NCBI GenBank assembly: GCA_046861385.1
Contig: JBHHTW010000022.1
Span: 1-38,827 of the forward strand
DNA length: 38,827 nucleotides
Source: Fidelibacterota bacterium
GTDB lineage: Bacteria; Fidelibacterota; Marinisomatia; Marinisomatales; TCS55
Direction: 5' to 3'
Below are positions 17,311-27,467 of the stretch, piece by piece; positions within the stretch are counted from its first letter, which is position 1; every line of letters begins with the position of its first letter. A program made the position numbers and the translations under genes. The notes under the pieces were generated by a model. The model was not told the origin of the DNA. It ran no database searches and saw only the letters and a list, made by a program, of their open reading frames with translations.

Positions 17311-18297
17311 ATGAGAATAGTCTGCCTTATTTTAGTATTGTGTACCATACTGCCCTCAGGTGAAGTCGATCAATACCTCGCTTGGAGTCAACTGCCGAAT
17401 GATGAATCAGATCTGTTGAACAAGCTGTTCAATGAGGAAATTCAGATTGCGCTTTTGGCAATCAACGAAAATCATCGTGACTGCTCCTGTGAAGAAGCTG
17501 CCGGTAAAATTTTAAAGCATTTTGGTATTGGTTTAAATACTCCATTGGAAATTCGATTAAAGAATTCAACCGATCTTGAAAAATATCCGAACGATGATAT
17601 TTTATTAAGTGAACGATATAAACGCAGCATTTTCAGAAAAGAATTCACAAATGAAATTATCGATCAATACCAAGATTACAGTCTGAATATGCAAATTGAT
17701 GAAATCATTAATATTGGTGGAATTTACATCGGCGTAGATAAATTAACGCATTTTACAGCATCCGGTTATCTATACTATAAAATTTATCATTTAGCACTTG
17801 AACAGGGGGAATCTGAGGATGCCGCAATTCAAATGGCTATCAATATGGGTATTATTGGAGAAAAAAATATCTTGGGGAGATTTCCATCCGGTGTTTTCTC
17901 TTTTGCAGATTTAGAGAGCAATTATCAGGGATTTCAATTTGCAATGGATCTTTGCAGGGATGACCTGGTTTATTTAAAGAGGACAGGAAAAGGTTGGGAA
18001 TTGGAGGGACAATTTGATTTACAAAAATATGTAAATCCTTTTTGGGATGAATCCTATAATCCCTCTTTTTATTATGAAGGTTACAACTTGGCGCTGATGC
18101 CAAAATCTGAAACTGTATTAAATAATATTCCCCATTATTGTTCAAAATATCACAGTAAAAGAATTCAAGGAATTGTTACTTATTACACCAGCAAAGCCGA
18201 TTCCAGTTATTCCATTAAATATTTACAAAAACTAGTAAAAAGCGGTGAAGTTCCGGACCCAAGTCCCTTTAATATTCGTAACATTTGTCCGGAGTAA
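17311..18297 (+). CDS. Secreted hypothetical protein
   Basis: 328-aa ORF with hydrophobic N-terminus, a GVDKLTHF motif and several Cys. I did not recognise the family. Confidence 0.7.
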   Translation: MRIVCLILVLCTILPSGEVDQYLAWSQLPNDESDLLNKLFNEEIQIALLAINENHRDCSCEEAAGKILKHFGIGLNTPLEIRLKNSTDLEKYPNDDILLSERYKRSIFRKEFTNEIIDQYQDYSLNMQIDEIINIGGIYIGVDKLTHFTASGYLYYKIYHLALEQGESEDAAIQMAINMGIIGEKNILGRFPSGVFSFADLESNYQGFQFAMDLCRDDLVYLKRTGKGWELEGQFDLQKYVNPFWDESYNPSFYYEGYNLALMPKSETVLNNIPHYCSKYHSKRIQGIVTYYTSKADSSYSIKYLQKLVKSGEVPDPSPFNIRNICPE

Positions 18298-18300
18298 ATT

Positions 18301-19665
18301 GTGTTGTATTATGTTGTAAAACTGATGGGAATTACTGCTATTCGAACTTTTTTTAATCATATTTCTTCAAAGCACAGTGATAAAATCCCTGAAAATGAAC
18401 CAATTATTTTTACATCCAATCATCCCAATACAATGATGGATCCAATTATTATCGGATATACGTGTAGAAGAAATCCCTATTATTTTGCAAAAAGCACTCT
18501 GTTTGATAATACTATCATCAGGTGGTTCCTCAAACAGATGCAGTTGGTTCCTGTCTACCGCAGAGAAGATAATCCAAACCTGATGCACCGAAATGAAGAA
18601 ACATTTAGAGAAGCGGATGAAATCCTCAATCGACACAAAGCATTTCTCATTTTTCCCGAAGGGATTTCGACAGGTGACCGCACCCTGAGTGAAATTAAAA
18701 CGGGCGCCGCCAGAATTGGATTCCAAGCTGAAGTCAATCACAATTGGACATTGGGCGTAAAGATTATACCCGTGGGGTTAAACTATTCCAAGGCCATTCA
18801 ATTTCGCAGTGATGTTTTGGCCCGCTACGGAAAACCCATTATATTATCAGACTTTCGATCTTTGTATGAACAGGATAAGGTGGAAGCAGTCCATCAGGTG
18901 ACGAGCCAAATCGAAACAGCGCTTTCTAAATTGACAGTTTACTTAAAAGATTTAGAAATGCAAAATATAGTCGAAGCATTGGAAACAATTTATAAACAGG
19001 AATTGGCTGTTGATTTAGGGCTTGAAATTGAAAATAAATCCCATGACTTTTCCGTATCAAAAGGGTTGGTCAATGCTGTAGAATGGTATTTTGAAAACCA
19101 ACCTGAAAAAGTTGAAAAATTCAAGGCAATGCTGAGCCGTTACCAGCGACTCTTGAGTCGCTTGCAGATTAAAGATGAATTTCTTGATCCTTCGAGCGGA
19201 AGTGTAACTTTTTATGAAAGAACAAAGGCTATTTTGTTTTTAGTGGTCATGTTTCCTGTTTATTTATACGGTCTAATAAATAATGTTATACCCTATAAAT
19301 TTCCCAGATGGTACACGACTCACTTTGTAAAATATAAAGCAGAAATTGCTCCGTGGAAAATGATCACTGGCTTAATAATCTTTTTAATATATTATCCAAT
19401 TGAAATTATCCTTTTTTCATATTTTTCAGAAAGTGCGCCATGGACCATTGCTTATGCATTATCCCTTATTCCTAGTGGGAATTTTGTTTTAATATATATT
19501 CAATGCATAAGGGACTATCGCCAGCATTTGCGATTTTTATCCATCTTTTACAAAAAGCGAACATTGGTTTACGAATTAATAAAGCAGAGACAAAAGATAA
19601 TTGATTTTTTGAATACATGCAAACAAGAGTATATGCCGACGGTTGGATTGGATGGAAATAATTAA
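18301..19665 (+). CDS. PlsC-family (lyso)phospholipid/glycerol acyltransferase with C-terminal TM helices
   Basis: NHPNTMMDP (HX4D-like), AKSTLF, PVYRRED, IFPEG, KTGAARI and IIPVGLNY. Confidence 0.88.
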   Translation: MLYYVVKLMGITAIRTFFNHISSKHSDKIPENEPIIFTSNHPNTMMDPIIIGYTCRRNPYYFAKSTLFDNTIIRWFLKQMQLVPVYRREDNPNLMHRNEETFREADEILNRHKAFLIFPEGISTGDRTLSEIKTGAARIGFQAEVNHNWTLGVKIIPVGLNYSKAIQFRSDVLARYGKPIILSDFRSLYEQDKVEAVHQVTSQIETALSKLTVYLKDLEMQNIVEALETIYKQELAVDLGLEIENKSHDFSVSKGLVNAVEWYFENQPEKVEKFKAMLSRYQRLLSRLQIKDEFLDPSSGSVTFYERTKAILFLVVMFPVYLYGLINNVIPYKFPRWYTTHFVKYKAEIAPWKMITGLIIFLIYYPIEIILFSYFSESAPWTIAYALSLIPSGNFVLIYIQCIRDYRQHLRFLSIFYKKRTLVYELIKQRQKIIDFLNTCKQEYMPTVGLDGNN

Positions 19666-19694
19666 GGATATTCATTAAAATTTTTCATACCGGC

Positions 19695-21881
19695 ATGGCT
19701 CCAGAGGTTAAAAATACAAATGTAGTCCCCAGTATCGTCGCCGGTATCATCAGTAGTATCATTATTATTGTTTCTGCCATGGCCCTTAGTGCGTTGGTTT
19801 TTACGGGAACCCTTTCTCCATTCCTTTCAAGGGGTATTGGTATTCTACTCTTTGGATCAATGATTTTTGCCTTATTTAGCGCAATCACTTCCCGTTTTCC
19901 AACTGCCATCAGTGCCCCCCAAGATATTCCTATTGCCATTTTAGCCCTGATGGCCGCTCAGGTGATGTCAGATCCATCCGTTTCACTTAACGGGCAAAAA
20001 ATGTTCCAATTTATTTTTGTCACCATCGGATTGACTTCCCTTCTGGTGGGAATATTTTTTTATTTATTGGGCCAGTTTAAGCTGGGAAATTTAGTCCGAT
20101 ATATTCCTTTCCCCGTTGTGGGAGGATTTTTAGCCGGAACTGGATGGCTCATTGTTATTTTTTCAATCAGAATGATGACCGATTTGAATATCAGCTTCGC
20201 TCATCTGAATCATCTATTTATTTCCGATCTCCTTATTCGTTGGATACCCGGATTCATATTTGCAGTGTGTTTGCTTATCATCAGAAGAAAAATTAAGCAT
20301 TATTTCCTTGTCCCTGGATTTTTGTTCATAAGCATTACCATTTTCTACGGAGTGGCTTTTTCACTGGGATATACATTTATCGAACTGGAAAGCCAGGGAT
20401 TTTTGTTGGGGCCTTTCCCTGATGGCGGACTCTTCGCCGGTTTGCCCCTGAAATATATTCCCGAATATCCGTGGTGGTTGTTTTTACAATTCACACCTGC
20501 ATTATTGACGATGATGGTTCTGAATGCCATATCCATACTGTTTAACTACAGCGGTCTGGAATTAACAGTGAAGCATGAATTCGATATGAACAGAGAATTG
20601 AAAATGACTGGAATTAATAATATCCTGGTTGGAGCATTTGGCGCATCACCAGGGTACGTAACTGTCAGTGAATCATCCATGGCATATTCTATTGGTGCCA
20701 AAAGTCGTCTTTATAGCGTGACCGTAGCTGTTTTTTGCGGTATAGCTCTTCTGTTTGGAGCAAAAATGATATCATTCTTTCCCAAGGTCATTCTGGGAGG
20801 ACTCTTGCTGAATCTGGGCCTTTCCTTTTTGGTTGAGTGGCTTTATGATACGTGGGCAAGACTTAATAAAGGTGATTATCTGGTTATTGTTATTATTTTG
20901 GTTGTTATTGGAGTGATTGGATTCTTGGAAGGAATTGTAGTGGGACTTATCATGTCCATGATATTATTTGTAGTGAATTATTCAAAAGTTGATGTGATTA
21001 AACACGAATTAAATGGTCAAACATTTCACAGTAACGTGGAACGATCAGAGAATGAAAAAAGTATTATTCAAAGGCAAGGTGATCAAATCAGCATATTATC
21101 TTTACAGGGATTTATTTTTTTTGGTACGGCCCATCGATTGCTGGAGAACGTAGGGAGAAGAATAAAGGATCAATCAAGAGAAAAACTTACATATCTGATA
21201 TTTGATTTTCGATTTGTACCGGGGATGGATTCCTCCACGATAAACAGCTTCAATAAATTACACGTTTTGGCTGATAAGCATCATTTTAAAGTACTTTTTT
21301 GCGGATTAAATCATCATTCGTTAAAACAATTTGAGATAGATGGTCTTTTCCCCGATAATAAACATTTATTTTTTACGTTTGAAGATTTGGACCACGGTCT
21401 TGAATGGTGTGAAGAAAAACTCATTCAAAATGCAGTTAAAGAATCAATAGCTTCCACAAACTCAGAATCAAGTGAATCATTTACAAGTCTATTTCAAAAC
21501 ATTGCAGAATATTTCGAAGAAAGGAATATTGCCAGGGATCAAATAATTATTGAGCAAGGTCATGACCCAGGAGGAATCTATTTTATTGAATCCGGACGAA
21601 TCACCATTCAACTGGAGTCTCATAAGGAAAAAGGAATCCGATTAAAATCATTGGGATCCGGGACGGTGGTAGGGGAAGTTAGTTTATATCTCGGATCAAA
21701 GGCGTCTGCATCCGTTATTGCAGAAACAGACTGTAAAATATTTTTCTTATCCAAAAGTGACTTTCAAAAAATTAACAGTGAGTCACCGGAAAAAGCATCT
21801 GTGCTTCACGCCTATATCGTCCAACTGCTAAGTGATCGATTGGCCAAATCAAATACCACCATTCGGGCATTGATAGGATGA
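19695..21881 (+). CDS. SulP-family anion transporter with STAS and cyclic-nucleotide-binding domains
   Basis: Multi-TM N-domain with YIPFPVVGGFLAG, STAS domain (LQGFIFFGTA…DFRFVPGMDSS…DLDHGLEWCEE) and cNMP domain (IYFIESGRI…VGEVSLY…ASVIAE). Confidence 0.92.
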   Translation: MAPEVKNTNVVPSIVAGIISSIIIIVSAMALSALVFTGTLSPFLSRGIGILLFGSMIFALFSAITSRFPTAISAPQDIPIAILALMAAQVMSDPSVSLNGQKMFQFIFVTIGLTSLLVGIFFYLLGQFKLGNLVRYIPFPVVGGFLAGTGWLIVIFSIRMMTDLNISFAHLNHLFISDLLIRWIPGFIFAVCLLIIRRKIKHYFLVPGFLFISITIFYGVAFSLGYTFIELESQGFLLGPFPDGGLFAGLPLKYIPEYPWWLFLQFTPALLTMMVLNAISILFNYSGLELTVKHEFDMNRELKMTGINNILVGAFGASPGYVTVSESSMAYSIGAKSRLYSVTVAVFCGIALLFGAKMISFFPKVILGGLLLNLGLSFLVEWLYDTWARLNKGDYLVIVIILVVIGVIGFLEGIVVGLIMSMILFVVNYSKVDVIKHELNGQTFHSNVERSENEKSIIQRQGDQISILSLQGFIFFGTAHRLLENVGRRIKDQSREKLTYLIFDFRFVPGMDSSTINSFNKLHVLADKHHFKVLFCGLNHHSLKQFEIDGLFPDNKHLFFTFEDLDHGLEWCEEKLIQNAVKESIASTNSESSESFTSLFQNIAEYFEERNIARDQIIIEQGHDPGGIYFIESGRITIQLESHKEKGIRLKSLGSGTVVGEVSLYLGSKASASVIAETDCKIFFLSKSDFQKINSESPEKASVLHAYIVQLLSDRLAKSNTTIRALIG

Positions 21882-21993
21882 TTCTAGATTTGTATTCTTA
21901 CCAATTTTCTGATTGAATAACCAATACATTTGTTGCTGTTCGGATGTGAATTTCAGAAATTGGTAGTCGATATATCCCAATGAATGGTTAGTT

Positions 21994-23316
21994 ATGAAAA
22001 AATCGAAATTCAACAAATACTACGCAGAAAAACTTGCGAAATTCAGTCAAAATAGACTGTTTCAGAGTCTTGATCCCCCATTACAGGATTTCATTAGAGA
22101 AACAGGAGAAAAGTACCGTCTCACCTTTCAGGAATTGCAGCAGGTTACAGAAATTGCCGTCGATTTGAATATGTGGGAGGAGCCGTCTATTATAAAACAA
22201 TGGAATCATTTCGAGTTATTACTTTCAAACAATAATGGTCGGAAAAAGGAAAACATTTTAATAAACTTAAAAAAGCATTGGCTGTCTTTAAAAGCTAAAG
22301 AATCTGTCTATAATATCAATGGACCTAATGTTAAAAGTGTCGTTAGAAAGGTTAAAGAGAATACCGGTAAAAATGATGTGTTTGGTTTATGCCCAGTGGC
22401 TTCAGAAAAGACAGTTTGTTGTAATCTCTATACCATTGATGCAGTGCAGGGGTGTGGATTGGGATGCAGCTATTGCAGCATTCAGACATTTTATGAAGAC
22501 GGCGCTATCGGAATCGAAAAAAACCTTTCCGAAAAGCTGAACCAAATTCTATTGGATCCAGATAAGAATTATCATATTGGTTCGGGTCAGTCATCCGATT
22601 CCCTCGCCATGGGGAATCGAAACGGTATTTTGGAAGCCCAATTGGAATTTGCCGAGAAACATCCGAATATTATTCTCGAATTCAAGACAAAAACCAAAAA
22701 TGTTGATTATTTTCTATCACATAATATTCCAAAAAATATTTTTGTTTGCTGGTCGGTGAATCCACAAATCATTATTAATAATGAAGAGCATTTTACTGCT
22801 TCATTGGCACAAAGAATCAGTGCTGCCAGGCAATTGGCCAATGCAGGAATTATTGTAGGCTTCCATTTTCATCCAATCGTATGTTATGAAGGGTGGGATG
22901 CGGAGTATAGAAATATTGTTCAAACACTTCTTAGGACATTTTCACCAAATGAAATTGGAATGATTTCCATGGGGACGTTGACCTTTATCAAACCGGCTAT
23001 TAAAAATTTAAGAGCATTGGGTATTAAAAGTAAAATTCTTCAAATACAATTCAAGGATGCTTCAGGAAAATATTCATATTCGCGGGAGATTAAAGAAAAA
23101 ATATTCGGTACCGTTTGGGAAGCATTCAAACCCTGGCATGACAAAGTATTTTTCTATCTTTGCATGGAGGAGCGGGAATTATGGAAATCGGTTATGGGGA
23201 GGAGCTATGACTCTAATAATGAATTTGAAGATGCTTTATTTTCCAGTGTGTCCGGAAAAATGGAATCGCTAAAGAGAAATAATTTATTAAAAACTGCTCC
23301 AATACGCCCTGTTTAA
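21994..23316 (+). CDS. Spore photoproduct lyase-like radical SAM protein with N-terminal extension
   Basis: GCGLGCSYC (CxxxCxxC), GSGQSSDSL, LEFKTK, WSVNP…E and FYLCME are SplB-family motifs. About 130 extra N-terminal residues. Confidence 0.82.
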   Translation: MKKSKFNKYYAEKLAKFSQNRLFQSLDPPLQDFIRETGEKYRLTFQELQQVTEIAVDLNMWEEPSIIKQWNHFELLLSNNNGRKKENILINLKKHWLSLKAKESVYNINGPNVKSVVRKVKENTGKNDVFGLCPVASEKTVCCNLYTIDAVQGCGLGCSYCSIQTFYEDGAIGIEKNLSEKLNQILLDPDKNYHIGSGQSSDSLAMGNRNGILEAQLEFAEKHPNIILEFKTKTKNVDYFLSHNIPKNIFVCWSVNPQIIINNEEHFTASLAQRISAARQLANAGIIVGFHFHPIVCYEGWDAEYRNIVQTLLRTFSPNEIGMISMGTLTFIKPAIKNLRALGIKSKILQIQFKDASGKYSYSREIKEKIFGTVWEAFKPWHDKVFFYLCMEERELWKSVMGRSYDSNNEFEDALFSSVSGKMESLKRNNLLKTAPIRPV

Positions 23317-23354
23317 TCCATAATCGTCTTTCTAATATTTCAGACTTGCCGGTT

Positions 23355-23834
23355 TTAATCATCCTCATTATCATGGTCGCCATTATTTTCACCATTACCG
23401 TTATGCTCTAATTCTTCTCCAAATGTGGCGATTAATCCATTTATAAGTTTTTTCCTGTCACTTTTTGATAGTCTCTTGTCAAGTCGAGGGATATAATAGT
23501 ACCAGGGGGGCATGTCACTTTCACGTAATTCTCCGGCTGCTTCTTCCCCTTCGTTTTCTTTTTGAACACCCCACACAGACACATTGAAATGTTCTCGTCC
23601 ATCATTTACATCATGCTGGACTAACCATGAAAATGGTGCAACATGGCTGTACCAGGGCCAGTCAGTTTCATGACTGTGACAATCTTTGCAAGTCTGGTAA
23701 AATAATTCTCTAGTATCAGGGCTATCCCAATTTGGTTCAGAAACAACGGAAGGATTTTTGTGCTTCCGACCATAGGGGATTACCTGAATAATAACGAGTA
23801 CAAAGATGAGGTTTCTTATCATTTTCAATTTCAT
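23355..23834 (-). CDS. Haem-binding domain protein (monoheme cytochrome c)
   Basis: CKDCHS, WPWYSHVAPFSWL and MPP are Haem_bd-type motifs. N-terminal hydrophobic anchor. Confidence 0.85.
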   Translation of the reverse strand: MKLKMIRNLIFVLVIIQVIPYGRKHKNPSVVSEPNWDSPDTRELFYQTCKDCHSHETDWPWYSHVAPFSWLVQHDVNDGREHFNVSVWGVQKENEGEEAAGELRESDMPPWYYYIPRLDKRLSKSDRKKLINGLIATFGEELEHNGNGENNGDHDNEDD

Positions 23835-23981
23835 ATTAATGCAGCCTTATAATGGAATTGTGATTCACCAGTGACAGAATAATTATTGAATATTAGATCT
23901 AACTAGACCGAATATAGTGTTAATAATATAGTATATATATTCAGTCTTATAAATCACTTTTAAATAGATGATTTAGAAAAG

Positions 23982-25388
23982 TTAGGGCTCGTTTGGCATT
24001 TCACAACGGAAAGAATTCCCTGTTGGTTCAATCGGCTCCACCCAAACTTTGGCACCATGTGCTTCTGCGATCCGTTCCACAATCGCAAGACCGAGTCCTT
24101 GCCCTTTAACAGAGGTATTATCTAATCTGGTTTGGCGTTTGAAAATGGACTTTCTACTTTCTTCTAGTATGGTTTCGCCAAAGTCATTAACATGGATTTG
24201 GATGTTTCCATTTTGCTTAGTGGCATTGATGATAATCCGTTTACCTTTTTTTCCATATTTAATGGCATTACTTAAGAAATTCTTAAATATTTCTGATATG
24301 ATCGGATTTGCACTTACAAATAATTCGCCGGGTGTTTGGTATTCAATTTCAACATTTGCTTGTTTGGCTAATTGGTCAAACCCTGATATGATATCCTTTA
24401 ACATCTGATTTAAATCAATTTTTTGCTTTTCTAGGGAATCGCCCATGGCGATCCCTGAAAGGGCAGTAGCATTATCGATGACTTTTAATAAAGTATTGCT
24501 GCTATCATTGATGGACCGAACCATTTCATCTGTTGGTTCCTTTTCCATCAATAATTCGGAAAATCCATTGATAACACCTGCTGGATTTTTCAAGTCATGG
24601 GTAATGATATCCAGCAGTAATACTTTCAAATTATTGGATTCCTCTAATTCTTCCCTGTTTTTCTTTAATAATTCTCTGGCTGCTTTTTGTTCTGTAATAT
24701 CTTCTTTTACAGCTACAAAATGAGTAATCTCATTTTTTTCATCTAATATGGGCGCTATGGAAGCTGACTCCCAATATATATTCCCATTTTTTGCCTTATT
24801 AGAAAATTCACCTCGCCATTCTTTTCCGGATGTGATAGTATCCCATAATTGTTCATAAAATTCTTTCGACTGATACCCGGATTTTAATATTCTCGGATTT
24901 TCTCCTAAAACATCTTCAAAGGTATATCCGGTGAGCTTTGTGAATTTCGGATTCACATACTCGATATTTCCTTTAATATCGGTGATGACAACAGAAGCAG
25001 GACTGTTATTCACAGCACTTGCTAATTTCCTGGATTTTAGTTCTGCGAATGTTTTTTCTTGGACCTCGAACATTAATTCATCATTCGTCTCACTCAATTG
25101 TTTCGTTCGTTTTTCCACTCTTTTTTCCAGTTCCAACTGAATATCAAGTAATTCTTTTTCAGCTTTTGTTCGTTGATCAATTTCAGTTATCATTGGTTTT
25201 AATACATAGTAAAACAAAATCGGAAATACTAGAATCACAAGGATGGTTGAATCTATCAACCCTTCCAACCAAAGAGGAATTGATTGAAAGTATGTTAAAA
25301 AAAACATTAGAATACTCTCAACTGCAAATATAGTAATACCCAAAATCAATATGATTCTTTTAGGTGTAATTGCTTTTTTATTTCTCAT
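23982..25388 (-). CDS. Membrane PAS-domain sensor histidine kinase
   Basis: Two N-terminal TM helices, coiled coil, PAS/PAC (ITDIKGNIEYVN…WRGE…N..KNG..YW), H-box THDLKNP, N-box NFLSNAIKY and G2-box GQGLGLAI. Confidence 0.93.
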   Translation of the reverse strand: MRNKKAITPKRIILILGITIFAVESILMFFLTYFQSIPLWLEGLIDSTILVILVFPILFYYVLKPMITEIDQRTKAEKELLDIQLELEKRVEKRTKQLSETNDELMFEVQEKTFAELKSRKLASAVNNSPASVVITDIKGNIEYVNPKFTKLTGYTFEDVLGENPRILKSGYQSKEFYEQLWDTITSGKEWRGEFSNKAKNGNIYWESASIAPILDEKNEITHFVAVKEDITEQKAARELLKKNREELEESNNLKVLLLDIITHDLKNPAGVINGFSELLMEKEPTDEMVRSINDSSNTLLKVIDNATALSGIAMGDSLEKQKIDLNQMLKDIISGFDQLAKQANVEIEYQTPGELFVSANPIISEIFKNFLSNAIKYGKKGKRIIINATKQNGNIQIHVNDFGETILEESRKSIFKRQTRLDNTSVKGQGLGLAIVERIAEAHGAKVWVEPIEPTGNSFRCEMPNEP

Positions 25389-25444
25389 TAGTTAATCCTA
25401 ATTATTAATAGTACTATTTAATTCAATGCTCTCTCACATCAGTT

Positions 25445-25895
25445 GGTTGTTGTTAAACCTTTTGGACACATTTTCGTTTGAGTTAAGAGAGTATTTTGAT
25501 ACGTTATTTTGTCATCATTTTAATCAAAATAAGCTGTACAGATAGCCAAATTGTAACGCTTTCTTTCTTGCAATGTCCAGCGCTTTATTTTTTCACGTTA
25601 CGACAAAATTTGTCTTTGTTTGCCATGAGACATATCCGCTGGCGTCATATTATTAAGTGACTCATAGTAACGATGTTTATTATATTGATAAACAAATGAT
25701 TCAAAAGCTCTCCAAAACAACAGGGATCTTCTCTTCCGTATTGTACTTCTTTCGGGTCCTGCGTTAATCTCGTTTATACGTTTTTCCACTAATGAACTTT
25801 GATGCATTTTAGTCTCCTTTTTACTCATTCAAATTAACCGAAACGCTCTCATTTTATATTAACTCATTCTGTCCAATAGGCTCTGAACCGCTAAA
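25445..25895 (-). mobile_element. Decayed, internally deleted insertion sequence remnant (IS3/IS481-type DDE transposase fragment)
   Basis: The minus frame reads FVYQYNKHRYYESLNNMTPADMSHGKQRQILS*REKIKRWTLQERKRYN, the C-terminal tail of integrase-core transposases, interrupted by a stop at 25598-25600. Imperfect terminal IR cores ccttttggaca (25458-25468) and tgtccaatagg (25870-25880) match at 10/11. Ends are approximate. Confidence 0.7.
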
Positions 25896-26114
25896 TGCGG
25901 ACGATAATGATAAAAGGGGATTTTTTGTTTAAAAATAGATTCCTAAAATAAACAAAAACTTCACAAAAAAATTAATCTTAACACCTTTTTAACGAGGATT
26001 TCAAAGATCAATTTTTACATGATAAGAAAATATCAACAGTCCCGGAAACATTTCCATTATATTATAAATCTTCTAGAAAGCTATACCATGAAAAAAATAA
26101 ATTGATTTAATGTT

Positions 26115-27467
26115 TTGATAGGTCAGCCTTATTTTATCCATACTTTAACTATAGAATTATCATTGAAAACGTCTTCCCATAAAAAACAATCGATTGAAAA
26201 ATTCCGGCAATACGTCTCCAGCGGAAAAGCAGACTTTTTCGAAAAATACGGCATGGATTTTGTCATGGGCAGTCGGGAAGGCTCCACTCTCCGGGACATT
26301 GATGAAAAAAAATCATTATTCAATCTTCATTGTAACGGAGGTGTATTTAATCTAGGCCATAGAAATCCGGAAATCATAAAAGTCGTGACAGAAGCCATTC
26401 ATGAACTGGACATCGGTAACCACCATCTCATGAGCAGGGAAAGAGCAGAACTGGCTACTCTTTTGGCCGATCTCATGCCTGAGGACTTAAATATCACTAT
26501 CTTTGGTGCAAGTGGCGGTGAGGCTGTGGATACTGCAATCAAAATTTCCAGAGGATACACCGGCAGAAATCAAATCATTTCTGCCAAAGGAGGTTACCAT
26601 GGTCATACGGGTTTGGCTCTGGCTGCGGGAGATGAGCATTATCGGAAACCGTTCCGGGTGAATCTGTCGGGATTCGAGCAAGTAACTTTCGGTGACCTGG
26701 ATGAACTCTCTCATCGGATGAATGGGGAGACTGCAGCGGTCATCCTGGAAACCATTCCGGCGACATTGGGTGTTCAAATACCTGATATTGAATATTTACA
26801 GGGTGTACGATCTTTATGTAATCAAACGGGTGCATTACTGATCCTGGACGAAGTCCAGACGGGATTAGGCCGAACGGGAAAATTATGGGCGTTCGAACAT
26901 TACCAAATTCTTCCTGACATTGTGGTCTTGGGAAAAGGCTTATCTGGTGGAATCTATCCCATCACCGCTACGGTCATTCGAGAACCATTGGAAACCGTAT
27001 TTCATCCCGATCCTTTCATTCATATTTCAACATTCGGAGGCGCTGAAATCGGATGCCGGGTTGCCAAAAAAGTTCTGGAAATATCTTCAGCCACCGACTT
27101 CCTCAATCACGTCAACACGTTGGCCACCGGGTTTGAAAAAGAGTTGACAGCCCTCCAGAAAAAACATCATCGATTTTTCCTGGGTATCCGCCAGTTGGGG
27201 CTAATGATCGGTTTAAAATTAAAAAATGAATTATCTGGACCCATCCTGACAAAAACAGCCTATGACCATAATTTACTTATGGTTTACGCCAATAATGATC
27301 AATCAGTTTGCCAGTGCTTACCCCCGCTGGTCATGGACATAGATGATTTGTATTTTGTAAGTAAGCAATTGGATGGTGCCATCAAATCGGCCAAACGTCT
27401 CAGCCCTATCTTGAAGGGAAAAAAATTATTCAATACTATTCTTAAAAAGGATAAATCAACGCCATGA
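26115..27467 (+). CDS. Class III PLP-dependent aminotransferase (putrescine/acetylornithine aminotransferase-like)
   Basis: NLGHRNP, SGGEAVD.AIK, GYHG.T, LILDEVQTGLGRTG and DIVVLGKGLSGG (PLP Lys). The start is uncertain (TTG 26115 or TTG 26163). Confidence 0.92.
   Translation: MIGQPYFIHTLTIELSLKTSSHKKQSIEKFRQYVSSGKADFFEKYGMDFVMGSREGSTLRDIDEKKSLFNLHCNGGVFNLGHRNPEIIKVVTEAIHELDIGNHHLMSRERAELATLLADLMPEDLNITIFGASGGEAVDTAIKISRGYTGRNQIISAKGGYHGHTGLALAAGDEHYRKPFRVNLSGFEQVTFGDLDELSHRMNGETAAVILETIPATLGVQIPDIEYLQGVRSLCNQTGALLILDEVQTGLGRTGKLWAFEHYQILPDIVVLGKGLSGGIYPITATVIREPLETVFHPDPFIHISTFGGAEIGCRVAKKVLEISSATDFLNHVNTLATGFEKELTALQKKHHRFFLGIRQLGLMIGLKLKNELSGPILTKTAYDHNLLMVYANNDQSVCQCLPPLVMDIDDLYFVSKQLDGAIKSAKRLSPILKGKKLFNTILKKDKSTP

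Noticed and set aside
23981-23988. GTTAGGGC resembling an integron attC/attI core site
   Set aside because: It coincides with the kinase stop codon. There is no matching inverse core, cassette array or integrase.
25903-25921. gataatgataa resembling a Fur box
   Set aside because: Only the first half matches, it is not palindromic, and the AT-rich context makes a chance match likely.
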